Source: a virus
Taxonomy: Duplodnaviria > Heunggongvirae > Uroviricota > Caudoviricetes
Virus record (IMG/VR): IMGVR_UViG_3300010885_065725
DNA length: 29,091 nt
Reading direction: 5' to 3' (one strand)
Shown: positions 1 to 10,186 of the stretch, in pieces
Layout of the letters: each line of letters begins with the position of its first letter
How positions within the stretch are numbered: position 1 is the stretch's first letter
Program-made: the position numbers and the translations under genes
The notes under the pieces: generated by a model
Database searches by the model: none
Told to the model about the DNA's origin: nothing
Seen by the model: the letters and a program-made list of their open reading frames with translations, nothing else

Positions 1-1251
1 AGGTGCAGTAGCGGTCATATAACCAGCAGTATCAATTGCGGCATTGAATGTTATTGGTGCATCAAAAATTACTAAATCTTTACCAGAATAGACCATCCAT
101 TTTCCCCAACCGTAATATGGGGTATTAGATAATGTTAATGTTGTAGTTCTATTAGATGTTAGAGAATTTCCTGTTACACTACCAGTGGCATCTATATCTA
201 AATACATAAAGGTATCAGGGATTGCTATAGCTGGAGCAGGAGATACTGTATATACTCCAACCCCACCACTAATATCAGAAGAAATGCTGATACCACTAGG
301 AATATTATGTGCATTAGATACGGTATATGTTCCTGCTCCACCCTCTGTTCCAGAAACAAAAGCAGTGATCCTAGTACCATAAGTAATGCCAGTACCGCTA
401 ATTATCATACCAGGGCGATTAACAGTTCCAGTAATGCTGATGATACCAGTAGGAATATTATGTACATTAGATACGGTATATGTCCCTACTCCACCTATTC
501 CAGACCCATATCCAGTAATAGCAGTACCAGCGGTAATACCAATGCCACTGATTTTCATACCAGATATTATACTACCAGAAGTCATTCCTGTGACTGTCAT
601 AGTATTATTGGAAATAGATCCAGTAAATACAGTAGGAACAAATCCAGCGATTATACTACCAGAAGATATTCCGGTTACTATCATAGTATTTCCAGAAGTA
701 GATCCGGTAATTACAGTACTAGTAGAAATATTGTGTACATTAGATACGGTATATGTCCCTGCTCCACCATTTGTGCCAGAGGTAAATCCAGTAATAGTAG
801 TACCAGAGGTAATACCGACACCACTAATTCTCATTCCAATGATTATAGTACCAGAAGATATTCCAGTTACTACCATATTATATTCAGAAATAGTTCCAGT
901 AACTACCGTAATATTTCCATAAATAGTTGCAGTAAATACGGTAGGAACAAATCCAGTAATAATTGCGTTTGCATTATAGGAAGCATTAAATTTTTTATTG
1001 ATAAGTATTGTGCCATAATTTTGCAAATTAACTTTCATTGTTCCATTGGTATCAATAGTACCATTAAAACCAAACCCCCATATCAATTTCGATGGTGTAC
1101 TAAGAGAAGAGCCACCATATTTAAGTGAATTAGCATTATTATTGAAATTCCACCATTGATACGTTTCATTTTCTAATGTTTCCCCTATATATGAGGTAAC
1201 ATCAAGAGCATCTCCGGTAGCAGTATGAGTGCCATATATTATAGTTTTCAT
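1..1251 (-). CDS. Virion structural/fibre-type protein with repeated Thr/Gly-rich beta modules (partial, 3' end runs off the left edge)
   Basis: Not in the ORF track. ATG at 1251-1249 overlaps the upstream TGA (ATGA). I translated it by hand as MKTIIYGTHTATGDALDV...GTYTVSNVHNI (x3)...MTATAP and found no stop before position 1. Confidence 0.85.
   Translation of the reverse strand, partial: MKTIIYGTHTATGDALDVTSYIGETLENETYQWWNFNNNANSLKYGGSSLSTPSKLIWGFGFNGTIDTNGTMKVNLQNYGTILINKKFNASYNANAIITGFVPTVFTATIYGNITVVTGTISEYNMVVTGISSGTIIIGMRISGVGITSGTTITGFTSGTNGGAGTYTVSNVHNISTSTVITGSTSGNTMIVTGISSGSIIAGFVPTVFTGSISNNTMTVTGMTSGSIISGMKISGIGITAGTAITGYGSGIGGVGTYTVSNVHNIPTGIISITGTVNRPGMIISGTGITYGTRITAFVSGTEGGAGTYTVSNAHNIPSGISISSDISGGVGVYTVSPAPAIAIPDTFMYLDIDATGSVTGNSLTSNRTTTLTLSNTPYYGWGKWMVYSGKDLVIFDAPITFNAAIDTAGYMTATAP
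301..768. repeat. Three ~42-bp imperfect direct repeats (301-342, 454-495, 727-768) encoding GGxGTYTVSNxHNI
   Basis: aatatt(a/g)tgt(g/a)cattagatacggtatatgt(t/c)cct(g/a)ctccacc read directly three times. Confidence 0.9.
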
Positions 1252-4200
1252 ATTGTTATAGTGGTATTGTCAGTAAATGTTGCAGTCATAGAGCCTTTAT
1301 TTGCTCCACCATCAGGTTCTTCATAGTCTAATGTTTTAAGCGTCTTTCCTTTAATAAAATTAAAATTATATGCCACACCTGCTGCAACAAGAGGGTTTTT
1401 TATTAATCCCATATCATAATGATCATATGAATAAAAAAATATTCTCCTGCAACCACCAAATGCTGCTGCAAATATTAATAAAGAAAGGGATTTTATAGCA
1501 TCTGCTGTAGTTTTATTTGAATGGTAGTCACCAACTTCAGTATCCCACAATTCTATATTTGGAGAAATCCCCATACTATTTAATGTTTTTCTTAATTTAA
1601 ATATATCAGTAGGAGAATGTCCACCATATGTATGGAATCCTATAATATCTACCCAATCTTTACAAGTTGTTCCTGCGCCAGAAATACCATTATATACAAA
1701 ACCTTCTGCAGAAGCATTTAATGCTGCTTTCATGCTTATACTACCAGAACCTCCTATTTGCTGTAACATATTTGGAGGAGGGCAATTCAAAATTTTTGCA
1801 GAAGGATTGATTGCCTTTATTACTTGAGAAGTCAATCTGGTCATTTCTGCAAGTTTTTCTTCTGTACCACTGAAAAACTTTCTACCACCAAAATATAATG
1901 TCACATTAGAAAATCCAGATGTAATTTTTTCAGTAGTAGTAATAATATTACCATTTGCAGATTGTATTTGATTTTTAAACGGGGTATTAGAATCTGTATT
2001 CCATATTAATATTCCCACCGCTCCAGAATTAGTAGTCCCATTAACTGCATCCCAATATTGATCATCTGATGTAAGTATCGGTGAATCAATAGTAATGGTG
2101 TATGTTTCTGCTACACCAGTAGTTGGATTAATTACTGGTGTAGCAGAACATATTCTAGTGAAACCTTCTTGAAATTGTACTATTCCATTTACATCATATG
2201 TGTTTGGTTTATCTAAGGTAACAACAAAAGAATATAAATCTATAAAAACTGTCTTTGCTCCTGCTGCTATACCTTCGCCAGAAACAATAACTCCACTTCT
2301 AATACCATTAGAATTTTGAAAAGATTCAGTTATACTTATAGTATATTCACCTTTTTTTCCAGTAGCAGTTTTGTGTGTATATGTTGCCTCATTGTATATT
2401 TCATAATGATTTATTAATTTGTATCTTGTTGCTACTGCAGAAATAAAATTAATATAATCATTCATATCTTGTGGTTCTGCAGCAGTGCCACCATACGTGG
2501 ATATTTGTTCATAGGGTCGTGCTGCAGCCCACATTGGAGTACCAAATATAGTAAATAATATCTGTTTACCATTCGCAATATGTGTATTATATACAATATC
2601 AAATAAATCCCATTTCCATACATCCCGTGAAGGTTGTATGTAAGACCACACTGATCCTTGACCATCATGCGTTCTTACCATAGAATAATCAAATGCAGCA
2701 TTAGGTGTGGCAATAATATAATTATAATCAGTATTGGTCAGAAGAGTTACTGCAGTATATATCAATAAGTGTGTCGCATCTATCACTTGATCTACAATAC
2801 CTATCAAATTATTTGTAGTGAAATTGTATAATTTTGTGCCTCGTGCATTTATTCCAGAACCAAGTTGATAAGCAAAATCTCCATTCCCGACCAATGTAGT
2901 AGTATTTCCAGATGTTGCAAGTATTGTTCCCATTACATATGCATCTGCTGCAGGCCATCTATGAAAATGCATACCTAAAAAATCTGCTGGTACTGTTATT
3001 GCATCATTAATCAATATATCATTATCATATTTGCTCCATTTTGCAATACTCAATGATTTATTCTGTTCGGCAATATACACAGGAAGACCAGCTTCTGATG
3101 TTTCTGTTGTTATATAATTCATAAAATTAGAAGGAAATAACAACATTGGGACGATTGATGTAGGCAAATCTGAATCTAGATACCCTATCCAGATATCTGT
3201 TCCTGCTATATTTGTTCCGTTAGTGATCGTTTTAGTATATGTTCTATTATATGCATAATCGCCTATCACTCTGTCCTTGAAAACTACAGTAGAATTTATT
3301 ATAGGATGAAAACTGTTTGATGAAATCACATGTCTGCGAGAAATTGCCACACACATTGGAGCAGCACTGTCGGTAGGGTGATTGAATGCAGTCAGACTGA
3401 CTGTTCGCAGGAGATTACGTAAGTTTCTCTCCATCGATGTGCCTGTCCATAAGCTAGGAGTGACTGCATATAAATCTTTGGTAATGTCGCCAGCAACATT
3501 GACTTCCAATAAATAATTTATCTGATTGTTAATATATTCTGATAGTGGTTTTGGAACAAGAAAATTTGAAGTATCTACTATAGAACCATCAGTAAAATAT
3601 ATTTTGATACAAGAATTATCAAATTGCTCTACAGCAACAACAGTTTTTCCTTTTATTGAATTTACGGAATTTCCTATTACCTTAGAAGAATAATAGTCGT
3701 CCAATATACTCATTGTACCACCAGAATCTGCATCATATAGAAATGCCTTTTTAAATCCTGCAGCAATAGGTGCAAGCATATATCTAGCAACAGATTCTTG
3801 TTTCTCTTTATTTGTGTATACTATACCCTGTCCAGCATAATTAATAAGAGCATTGTCTTTCAAATAAATAGTATTTCCACCCCAATATGTAATTAAACCT
3901 ATTTTATTACCCCCAATATCCCTTAACCATTTACCTTTAGGAATTCCCCAAGAATCTGCGCCATATATGGTAACAATATTTGATGTAGTAGTAGACTTTA
4001 TCCATGTAGGTTGAAAGAATGTCAAAGCATCGCCAGTCCATGCTTGATATGTACTACCAACATATGGAATATCATTTTCTCCAAATTCTGTTGACCATAC
4101 ATCCATGTCTGGAAATCCAAGAGATGCTAGATATGATTTTATTCTCAACCATCCACTAAATTCTCTATGTCCATATGTATGTTGGGCAATAATATCTACA

Positions 4201-6284
4201 TGATCGATTGCTCTAGTTCCAGTGCCATCATTTCCAAGATAAGAATATCCTTTCGCAGATGTTTCCCACGAAGGATATGCGTATAGCGACTGGTTTTTTG
4301 TTGCAGATCCTGTAGAAACATTGAAAAAATTAGGATCTGTATTTGATGGATCAACTAATCCTGATGTTGGCTGCATTAGTATTTTTGCTTCTGGTCTGAC
4401 AGATTTTATTGCTAATTTTGTTATTCTGGTTAATTCTGACAATCTATTAGGCGACTCAGAAAAAAATGATCTATCGTTTATATTCCAAAATCTAACCTGA
4501 CCAGATATTAAACCAAGATTATAATTGTTACTCAATGTTAAAATATTACCATTTATGTTAGAAACAGTCGAATAATCTATTATATTTGTACCGTCTATTC
4601 TGCAATATTCTCCATTATTATATGTACTATTTGATGCATACATAACAAATGATACTGGAGATGTTTTAGAATTTGCTACATTTGTAACTTTGTTGCCTTC
4701 TTGTGGTATAAATATACCTTTTATTACAGTACCTGTTATCGTATATGTACCAGAAGCAGGAACAATAATAGTCAACGTAGTATTATTAACATTTGCTGTA
4801 ACAGTGAATGAAACAGCAAGTCCTGAAGTATTACTAATTACTCCATATTTGGTTATATCTGTTGTACTCGCAAAAGTCTCTCCTGCTGTAGATAACGTAA
4901 TTGTTATAGTATTTTGAGAATTGATAATACTAGATGTTTTTGATCCAAAATTTCTGGTAATATAATATTGGTTGTTAATAACATTTATTATGCTTCCACT
5001 CTCATATGCCACAACTTTGATATTATTTGGTATTGTAGTATTGACCTTAAATTTATAGGTATCAGTAGTTGTTGCAATATCAACTATAGAATTAATAGGA
5101 TAATCAATAGCATTAAATAATCCTGATATTGTAAATACCAATGGATTTGGAAGTGAATATGCATGAATACCGGATGCATCATCTAATGTAATAGTAATAT
5201 TTTTTGTAGCGTCTCCAGCGGTATATGAAACAACATTTCTTGTATAATACTTACTTGGATATAGATATCCTGATAGAGTTCCTGTTATTGGTGTATCCAT
5301 TGTAATAGTACACTCATAACCACTCGAAGAAATAGCAAATGATACTATCTTTGCAGTAGGAGAAATGCCATTACAACATATTGTGCATCCGATATATAGA
5401 CAATCAAATTGAGAAGGAAGTCTTCGTACCAATACAGAATAATTGTCATTTGGTACTGCAGTAGGATTAATGAAATAATTCCATGCTGGCTCATTTCCGA
5501 CCTCATAGTGCAATATTTTTGGATATCTGTTTGCTAACGCAACACAAAATTCAATATAATAATCCATATTAGCTGGAGCACTCATACATACATCATCATA
5601 TGGGCGCAATCCAAGCGGAACTGCAGAATTCCAATGCGGAGATCCTAAAAATGTATATAATATATTTCTTTTTTCTTTTGTAACTATAGTATCATATACT
5701 GCATCCAGCTTTGTCCAATCAAATGATCTTAAATATGTATCTGTGGTTGCAGTAGTATTTCCATATATTGTAGAGGTATATGTATAAGGATAATAGGAAT
5801 GGGTATTACTATATGCGTCTGTCTCTGTTACCCATGGCAACCTTTTTATAGTAAACTCACCATTAAATCCAGCTTCTTTTGCTCCTAATATAGTAACTTT
5901 ATCGCCATCTACAATATAATTTGCCCAAGATGTTATTGATGCTGGTCCTTGCGTTCTTTCTTTAGGTTTATAAAATTTAATGGTTACTGTATATCCAACT
6001 CTGGTCAGACTTTCTATTTTTTGATGGGCACCTACCCACCCACCACTTGGACCATCCATTGTTCTATAAAAATCATAATTGAATACTGCAGGAGATTCTT
6101 GTTTTACACTATATGCAAACCCATATACATTTGCTGCAATTGTAGTGCTATCATTGTGCGCATCACTACTAATAGGCCATCTATGGCAATGCACACCAAA
6201 ACAATCGTTTGGTATTGGAGTATTTTTTGGATTTATGAAAACATATTTCTTATGTGATATTGATTCTATATTATCGTTATTCAT
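1248..6284 (-). CDS. 1678-aa virion-associated protein with two clan GH-A (GH39/GH5-like) glycoside hydrolase barrels, inserted beta modules and a degenerate trypsin-like segment; putative polysaccharide depolymerase/receptor-binding protein
   Basis: Barrel 1: FGVHCHRWP, YEVGNEP, DIIAQHTY, VWSTEFG. Barrel 2: LGMHFHRWP, YEIYNEA, DIIGFHTY, LWDTEVG. The NE(P) acid/base and TExG nucleophile motifs are typical of clan GH-A. The gene lies in a fibre/structural operon. Confidence 0.8.
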   Translation of the reverse strand: MNNDNIESISHKKYVFINPKNTPIPNDCFGVHCHRWPISSDAHNDSTTIAANVYGFAYSVKQESPAVFNYDFYRTMDGPSGGWVGAHQKIESLTRVGYTVTIKFYKPKERTQGPASITSWANYIVDGDKVTILGAKEAGFNGEFTIKRLPWVTETDAYSNTHSYYPYTYTSTIYGNTTATTDTYLRSFDWTKLDAVYDTIVTKEKRNILYTFLGSPHWNSAVPLGLRPYDDVCMSAPANMDYYIEFCVALANRYPKILHYEVGNEPAWNYFINPTAVPNDNYSVLVRRLPSQFDCLYIGCTICCNGISPTAKIVSFAISSSGYECTITMDTPITGTLSGYLYPSKYYTRNVVSYTAGDATKNITITLDDASGIHAYSLPNPLVFTISGLFNAIDYPINSIVDIATTTDTYKFKVNTTIPNNIKVVAYESGSIINVINNQYYITRNFGSKTSSIINSQNTITITLSTAGETFASTTDITKYGVISNTSGLAVSFTVTANVNNTTLTIIVPASGTYTITGTVIKGIFIPQEGNKVTNVANSKTSPVSFVMYASNSTYNNGEYCRIDGTNIIDYSTVSNINGNILTLSNNYNLGLISGQVRFWNINDRSFFSESPNRLSELTRITKLAIKSVRPEAKILMQPTSGLVDPSNTDPNFFNVSTGSATKNQSLYAYPSWETSAKGYSYLGNDGTGTRAIDHVDIIAQHTYGHREFSGWLRIKSYLASLGFPDMDVWSTEFGENDIPYVGSTYQAWTGDALTFFQPTWIKSTTTSNIVTIYGADSWGIPKGKWLRDIGGNKIGLITYWGGNTIYLKDNALINYAGQGIVYTNKEKQESVARYMLAPIAAGFKKAFLYDADSGGTMSILDDYYSSKVIGNSVNSIKGKTVVAVEQFDNSCIKIYFTDGSIVDTSNFLVPKPLSEYINNQINYLLEVNVAGDITKDLYAVTPSLWTGTSMERNLRNLLRTVSLTAFNHPTDSAAPMCVAISRRHVISSNSFHPIINSTVVFKDRVIGDYAYNRTYTKTITNGTNIAGTDIWIGYLDSDLPTSIVPMLLFPSNFMNYITTETSEAGLPVYIAEQNKSLSIAKWSKYDNDILINDAITVPADFLGMHFHRWPAADAYVMGTILATSGNTTTLVGNGDFAYQLGSGINARGTKLYNFTTNNLIGIVDQVIDATHLLIYTAVTLLTNTDYNYIIATPNAAFDYSMVRTHDGQGSVWSYIQPSRDVWKWDLFDIVYNTHIANGKQILFTIFGTPMWAAARPYEQISTYGGTAAEPQDMNDYINFISAVATRYKLINHYEIYNEATYTHKTATGKKGEYTISITESFQNSNGIRSGVIVSGEGIAAGAKTVFIDLYSFVVTLDKPNTYDVNGIVQFQEGFTRICSATPVINPTTGVAETYTITIDSPILTSDDQYWDAVNGTTNSGAVGILIWNTDSNTPFKNQIQSANGNIITTTEKITSGFSNVTLYFGGRKFFSGTEEKLAEMTRLTSQVIKAINPSAKILNCPPPNMLQQIGGSGSISMKAALNASAEGFVYNGISGAGTTCKDWVDIIGFHTYGGHSPTDIFKLRKTLNSMGISPNIELWDTEVGDYHSNKTTADAIKSLSLLIFAAAFGGCRRIFFYSYDHYDMGLIKNPLVAAGVAYNFNFIKGKTLKTLDYEEPDGGANKGSMTATFTDNTTITI

Positions 6285-7351
6285 TATATTATCTCTAGTC
6301 TTGGCATGCGCAACAATAAATAATCATTTATGAGCGTTTTTGCAGAAATACTGGTAGCAGTAGCAATATTATGATTTGGAGATATGGTATATGTTCCCTT
6401 TTCTCCATCAACTGTATTAATACCAGAAGGAACAAATCCTGTAATGATAGTACCAGCAGTAATACCAATGCCACTGATAGTCTGACCCTTGGTCAATGTA
6501 CCAGAAGATATGATAGATACAGTCATAGTATTTCCGGAAATAGTTGCAGTACATTCTGCAGATAATAAATCAAAATTAACAAATGGCGAAAATGTGAAAC
6601 CATATTTCAATGATATCGCACGAACCTCACTCGCTATGTTATTTCCTATACTATCGCTCTGACCTGGACTATATCTAGATGAATTCCATGCGCTATATTC
6701 TCTATCTACGAAATTATACCCACCATTGAATTGTTTGTCTCCATAAAAATATATGTGTTTATATATATGCCTAGATATTGCAGTAGAAGAAGAGAGACTA
6801 TCATTACCAAAATTATTCCACTGGGATGTATCATTATACATACTTTTACTATATAGAGATATCGGACCAAATGCATAACTAGAAGTTCTCCTTATGCCTA
6901 GATTTGGTCTTTCTAAAAATGTTTCATATATAATAGAACTACCAGCAGTCAAGTAGTTTGCTGGGATATCTATACCAACATCAATCAATCGTAAAGGTAT
7001 CCAAGGTTCTAATGCTATAATGTTATGATCTGTTATTTCTTGTGATACGTCAGATACACACGTAAATTGTGTTGTAGATATTACTATTATGTTTTTGTAG
7101 CAATTAGACTTGATTGCTGAAGTATTATTATTTGTGGTATCATATCCAAACCATAATATAATACTGACATTATTATTGCTTATATTACTAGAAGAAGCCA
7201 TAGGAATATTATGAGGATTTGCACAAGTAACAGTAATAATGTTTCCACTCTGAGTCGCATATGCTCCTCCATTTGCAAAAACAGGAATCATACATGGCGT
7301 ATGTGCCAATGGTGCAATAGATCCAGAAAATCTTGATGTTATCTCTTTCAT
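6284..7351 (-). CDS. Structural beta-sandwich protein, partner family A (paralog of 10183-11385 and 11382-12113)
   Basis: 355-aa ORF. Shares N-terminal MKEI...IPxFxxGGxxATQxGNxITVTCANxHNI and C-terminal NDY motif with the paralogs. Carries one Thr/Gly module. TAATG overlap with the next gene. Confidence 0.85.
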   Translation of the reverse strand: MKEITSRFSGSIAPLAHTPCMIPVFANGGAYATQSGNIITVTCANPHNIPMASSSNISNNNVSIILWFGYDTTNNNTSAIKSNCYKNIIVISTTQFTCVSDVSQEITDHNIIALEPWIPLRLIDVGIDIPANYLTAGSSIIYETFLERPNLGIRRTSSYAFGPISLYSKSMYNDTSQWNNFGNDSLSSSTAISRHIYKHIYFYGDKQFNGGYNFVDREYSAWNSSRYSPGQSDSIGNNIASEVRAISLKYGFTFSPFVNFDLLSAECTATISGNTMTVSIISSGTLTKGQTISGIGITAGTIITGFVPSGINTVDGEKGTYTISPNHNIATATSISAKTLINDYLLLRMPRLEII

Positions 7352-7360
7352 ATACTATAT

Positions 7361-10186
7361 TTATACTGTGATAGATGTATTATCAGTAAAATATGCAGTA
7401 AATCCACCTGTACGAATACCTTGTTTCTTTGTATGTACCATTTTTGCAAGTGTCTTCCCTTTTATAAAATTAATATTTGCTGCTACTGCAGTTATTACTA
7501 CAGGATCTGTAGTTCCAAAATTAAAATCGTCATATTGATAATAGAATGTCTTTGCACATCCTCCAAAGGCAGATAACAAAATAACTCTGGAAATCCATTT
7601 TATCCAATATTCTTGATATTGAATTTCAGAATACGAAGAAACCATAGAACAACTGGATACATTCTGCGATGTGTCTAATATATATGTTCCTGTATTACCT
7701 ATTCCAGTACCATATGCAGTAATTTTTGTATTATATAGTACATTATTTTTAATATATAGCGGAGTATCTGTATCAATAATATGAGAATTATTTATATTAT
7801 ATGATCCATATTTCCCATCACTAGGATTATCAGAAATAGTAGTGCCAGCAGGGAAACTCTGAGGAGATCCAGATATAGTATATGTTCCTATTCCACCACT
7901 ATTATTAGCAGCAATACTGGTGCCAACAGGGAAACTCTGAGGAGAGCCAGATATGGTATATGTTCCTGTTCCACCATTTGTACCAGAAACAAACCCAGTT
8001 ATTGTAGTACCATTGGCAATAGCAACACCAGTAGCAATATTGATACCATTAATTATCATCCCAGACAATATAGTACCAGCAGTTATTGTTGATACTACAA
8101 TGGTATTTCCAGAAATAGATCCAGTAAATACAGTAGGAATAAATCCAGTAATAGTAGTACCATCAGTAATAATAGCACCAGTATTAACATTGATACCACT
8201 GATTCTCAATCCTCTCAATATAGTACCAGAAGATATTGCAGATACTACCATATTATTTGCAGAAATAGATGCAGTAAATGTAGTAGTAATAAATCCAGTA
8301 ATAGTAGTACCATTAGTAATACCATATCCTGAAACAGTATCCCCAATATTTAATTTTCCAGAAAATTCATAATTATCTGCTTGTTTGACTCTCATAACAT
8401 TTCCAGCAATAGTGGCAGTAAATGTTGCAGTAGCCCCACGAAGCGTATTTCCAAGTGCTATTATTCCAGAATTGACTGCAGATACTGTCAGAGTATTTCC
8501 AGATACAGATCCAACAAAATTTGCAATATTTCCTGGGTTTCCATACCCAAACTCTGTGCTCCACATTTCTGTATTTTCTGGCATTCCAATTTTTGCAATT
8601 TCTTTTCTAATATTTTTGACATGCATAGGAGTATCTGTACTTGCCTCATACGTATGAAATCCAATAACGTCTATCCAGTCTTTCATTTTTGTACCGACAC
8701 CAGAAATGCCGTTATATACAAATCCCTCTGCAGAAGTATTCAGAAATGCAGCAACCTCTCTTCCTCTATTACCATTATAATAATAGTTAAGAATACCCGA
8801 TATTGCAGGAGATATTATTTTTGCTGTTGGTATAACAGATTTTATTATCTGATTTGCAAGTCTGGTCATGACTGATAATATTTCTATTTTATCATTAAAA
8901 TACCAACTATTATTATATATAACAAGATTTTTATTTGTGAAGGATGCTGTTATTGTTTCAGCTACTGTAATAGTATTTCCAACAACATTTGTAATAGTAT
9001 ATCTAATAAATGGAGAATATACGCCTAAAATAGTTTCTTCTTCTCTAAATATTCTCCACGATGCTGGGTGAGGTGCAATAGGTAGAGAAATTCCTGTTAT
9101 AGGAGATGCAGAAGTAATGGTATTTGTTCCAACAGTGGCACTGCATGCACCAACAGAACTACTACCAGAATCAAAATATACTGTTCCGTCTACATCTGCA
9201 GTCAATGCATTATTAAGAGTAATAGTTTGAATAATATATGGATATACAGAAAAGCTTCTATCATTCTTAGAAGATACTACAATAGATCCTGCAACAATAC
9301 CATCGCCATGAACAATACCACCATCTATAATATTTAACCAATTACTTACTATATCTAATGTAGTACTCCCAGCAATCCCTTTTGCTCTATATGTCAAATA
9401 TGCAGGTTCATTCCATATTTCAAAATGAAGTACCTTTCCAGTAAATGGTGCAGAACTATAATGATTTGCCATTGCAGTAAGATACGTAACCCAATATTGC
9501 AGTACAGGAGCAGTTCTTGATCTGTTATATGTCAAACCCCACCACGCATTAGGACTAGTACATGCCCAATTCGGTACATCTTCCAATATAATTAACATTG
9601 GAGTCTCTTTGTTCCAATAGTTAGGTGTTATGTTCAAATGATATTTTAATCTGGAATCGGTATGCGTAAAATCAACTGCGCCATTTTGTGTCGGTTGATT
9701 CTCATTCCACCCCATAAAAAAAGATCTTATCATAGAATAATTATAATCTACACTAGGTGCTTTAGAAATATAATTTATCGCTATGGTAGGATAGTTGCTA
9801 TTTGTTGGGATTAAATTTACTGCTGTTTTTAATGCCAGAGTATTTTCATCTATAACATAATCTAATTCTCCGATAATAGTAGAATTATCAATGGCATTAT
9901 AAAATGTAACACCAGAAGAAGATTTTCCTGTACCAAACATTTTAATAAAGTTATTTAAATAATGCCAATATTGTGTGTCTCTTGTTATTATTTTTGTGGT
10001 AACACCATATGTAGATCGAAATGCCATAGTGGGTGGTTTTGAATATCTTTCACTAACACCATCTATTGGATTTACTGTATTTCTGGGTAACAAAGGGAAT
10101 GTATTAAAATGTATTCCAAAAAAATCATTTGGAATTGTTACACCATCATTATATATTAGATCTTCTGAAGTATTTACAATTGTCAT
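7361..10186 (-). CDS. 941-aa protein with one clan GH-A (GH39/GH5-like) barrel and nested Thr/Gly beta modules; paralog of 1248-6284
   Basis: [32 protein letters not shown]-terminus NFIKGKTL...FTDNTSITV is nearly identical to that of the 1678-aa protein. Confidence 0.82.
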   Translation of the reverse strand: MTIVNTSEDLIYNDGVTIPNDFFGIHFNTFPLLPRNTVNPIDGVSERYSKPPTMAFRSTYGVTTKIITRDTQYWHYLNNFIKMFGTGKSSSGVTFYNAIDNSTIIGELDYVIDENTLALKTAVNLIPTNSNYPTIAINYISKAPSVDYNYSMIRSFFMGWNENQPTQNGAVDFTHTDSRLKYHLNITPNYWNKETPMLIILEDVPNWACTSPNAWWGLTYNRSRTAPVLQYWVTYLTAMANHYSSAPFTGKVLHFEIWNEPAYLTYRAKGIAGSTTLDIVSNWLNIIDGGIVHGDGIVAGSIVVSSKNDRSFSVYPYIIQTITLNNALTADVDGTVYFDSGSSSVGACSATVGTNTITSASPITGISLPIAPHPASWRIFREEETILGVYSPFIRYTITNVVGNTITVAETITASFTNKNLVIYNNSWYFNDKIEILSVMTRLANQIIKSVIPTAKIISPAISGILNYYYNGNRGREVAAFLNTSAEGFVYNGISGVGTKMKDWIDVIGFHTYEASTDTPMHVKNIRKEIAKIGMPENTEMWSTEFGYGNPGNIANFVGSVSGNTLTVSAVNSGIIALGNTLRGATATFTATIAGNVMRVKQADNYEFSGKLNIGDTVSGYGITNGTTITGFITTTFTASISANNMVVSAISSGTILRGLRISGINVNTGAIITDGTTITGFIPTVFTGSISGNTIVVSTITAGTILSGMIINGINIATGVAIANGTTITGFVSGTNGGTGTYTISGSPQSFPVGTSIAANNSGGIGTYTISGSPQSFPAGTTISDNPSDGKYGSYNINNSHIIDTDTPLYIKNNVLYNTKITAYGTGIGNTGTYILDTSQNVSSCSMVSSYSEIQYQEYWIKWISRVILLSAFGGCAKTFYYQYDDFNFGTTDPVVITAVAANINFIKGKTLAKMVHTKKQGIRTGGFTAYFTDNTSITV
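7842..7976. repeat. 57-bp direct repeat (7842-7898, 7920-7976) with 4 mismatches, encoding [19 protein letters not shown]
   Basis: Both copies aligned by eye. Confidence 0.9.

Noticed and set aside
3717-3728. DSGG motif as the nucleophile of an active serine protease
   Set aside because: It lies N-terminal to the His/Asp-like motifs and aligns with the last strand region of the GH barrel (FLYDAD vs FFYSYD and FYYQYD in the paralogs).
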